A stretch of 64,000 bases of DNA from Vicugna vicugna. Its lineage: Eukaryota. Under the pieces are notes generated by a model. It saw only the letters and a program-made list of their open reading frames with translations. It was not told the origin of the DNA and did no database searches. The stretch lies in contig MU058213.1 of NCBI GenBank assembly GCA_013265495.1, positions 1,612,001-1,676,000 on the forward strand, read 5' to 3'. Position numbers and translations under genes: made by a program. How positions within the stretch are numbered: position 1 is the first letter of the stretch; every line of letters begins with the position of its first letter. Below are positions 62,598-64,000 of this stretch, one piece after another.

Positions 62598-63450
62598 TGT
62601 ATCAGAATGCTTTGGGCTGCAAGAAACAGTCAACTTGAGTTAGATTGGCTTAAACAATATATGCATTTTTAAATTTTATATAAGAAAGCACTAATGTGGA
62701 ATAGGCTCTGGGTCATGTGCAAGCAGGGATCTGTGTCTCTTCTCTGTGCTTCTCTCAGCTTTCTAACCTCCATGGGGGTGCTTTTTCCTCAGGTTGGCTT
62801 TTCTAATCATCACAAGATGGCTCTCAGCAGCAAGTGTTGCAATATGCTTTCTTGTTCATCTCCAGTAAGAAATAGAGAAGTGGGAGGAAAGGGAGGAAGG
62901 GAAAGAGGATGAGAGAAAGCAAATGAGATATATAACTGTTCTCCAAACCATAGAATCAGGTTCTACTCTTTAGTCTTACTGAGTCAACTCAAGTCATGTA
63001 CCCACCCCTAGACCAATAACTGTTCTCAAGGAAATGCTGTAAACTAAGGGCTTAAGCTGAGACTCCTGACCATCATTGGTAAAGAATATGTGATTGTCAC
63101 AATGGCCTAAACCAAGGGCTTGCAAACTGTGGCCCACAGGCCAAATCCAGCCAGATACCTTTTAATTGTGGCCTAGGAGGTAAGGTTGATTTTTCACCTT
63201 TTTAAATTGTTATACAGGAATTTAAATAAAAGCTTCGTTTTGCCTCTTGGCCTATAAATTCTAAAATACTTGCTATCTGTCCTAGTAAGAATAAGTTTGC
63301 AAACTCCTAGTCTAGACCAATCAGAATCTGTCTCTGCAGGTGGGGATGATGGACCACTTTCGTTGAGGCACATGTGTGGTTTGGGAGAATTCCCCAAATG
63401 CTAGGAAGGTTGCTTGGAATTAGAAGGATAGAAACAACTAATGTGGCAAT
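62598..63450 (-). mobile_element. MaLR LTR, MLT1K/L-type, interrupted by MER58
   Basis: tcagaatgctttgggctgcaagaaacag...ttggcttaaacaat...cacaagatggct...gtcatgtacccacccctagaccaataactg; continues accaatcagaatc after MER58. Confidence 0.6.
63113..63309 (+). mobile_element. MER58 hAT-Charlie MITE
   Basis: caagggcttgcaaactgtggcccacaggccaaatccagcc...ctaaaatacttgctatctgtcc...aagtttgcaaactccta; 8-bp flanks gcctaaac/gtctagac (6/8, NTCTAGAN-like target). Confidence 0.82.
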
Positions 63451-64000
63451 GTCAAATACTTATAAAATTTGGTTAACTGTGTCACAATTCCCTCCATTAG
63501 GGTATACAAATAATTTTACTAATCAATATTTATTATGCTGAACTCTGTTCTAGACACACAATAATAATCAGAACTTGCCTATGAACAATTTCTTATCCTT
63601 AATCTTGCCCAAACATGTAAGATTCCCCACGACCTTTTGTTTTGATGTGGTGTGGGGCATGAGGGAAGACAGGGTCTCAGATAATACATGTATAAAGTGG
63701 ACTCCCTATTTCTTAAGGCACCAACCACATCAAATGAAATAGAGCACTGAAAGAAATAAGACCTTCTTGGTGCAGACTGGGGTCACCCATAAATGCTATT
63801 CACTTAAGCTCTCCAAAAGGCTTAAACAGTCATATAAACCTTGGTCTCGTGTTTTGAAAGTAATTAGAGAAATGTGCAATTTAGATTTAAAAAATCAATG
63901 TAAATTAGTCTTAATCTGAATTTACTTTAAAAGGAAGGCAAATAGTCCAAGAGGTAGTATAATGATTAGGAATCAATTTTTACTTGTCCTATTTTTTAAT

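Noticed and set aside
1..64000. CRISPR arrays, tRNA/rRNA/snRNA genes, CpG island, processed pseudogene, intact transposase or reverse transcriptase
   Set aside because: None seen. The tRNA-like boxes belong to MIR heads (e.g. 43880-43940), and all L1 and Charlie coding remnants are disrupted

Overview
AT-rich, CpG-poor mammalian (eutherian) non-coding DNA, intronic or intergenic. I can support no protein-coding gene, RNA gene or CpG island. The ORF-track entries are short, unrecognisable, or come from repeats. The window is a mosaic of ancient eutherian transposon relics: many MIR and L2 fragments, L1M fragments, hAT elements (Charlie1, MER5, MER20, MER53, MER58, MER96, MER113-like) and MaLR/ERV solo LTRs (MLT1 types, LTR33, MER31). 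It also holds two younger elements, an artiodactyl-type L1 3' end and a MER41-like LTR. These, and the absence of any recognisable Alu, B1/B2, CHR, Bov-A, PRE or CAN SINE, point to a cetartiodactyl, possibly a camelid (inference). Repeat family names were recognised by eye from remembered consensus sequences, and most boundaries are approximate. The most notable items are a 66-bp, 94%-identical direct duplication 1.9 kb apart, a 312-bp pure pyrimidine tract containing (TTTTC)49, an unassigned ~0.9-kb solo-LTR-like element with a perfect 5-bp flanking duplication, several nested insertions, and several repeat-free blocks that look like enhancers. I found no convincing novel biological system.
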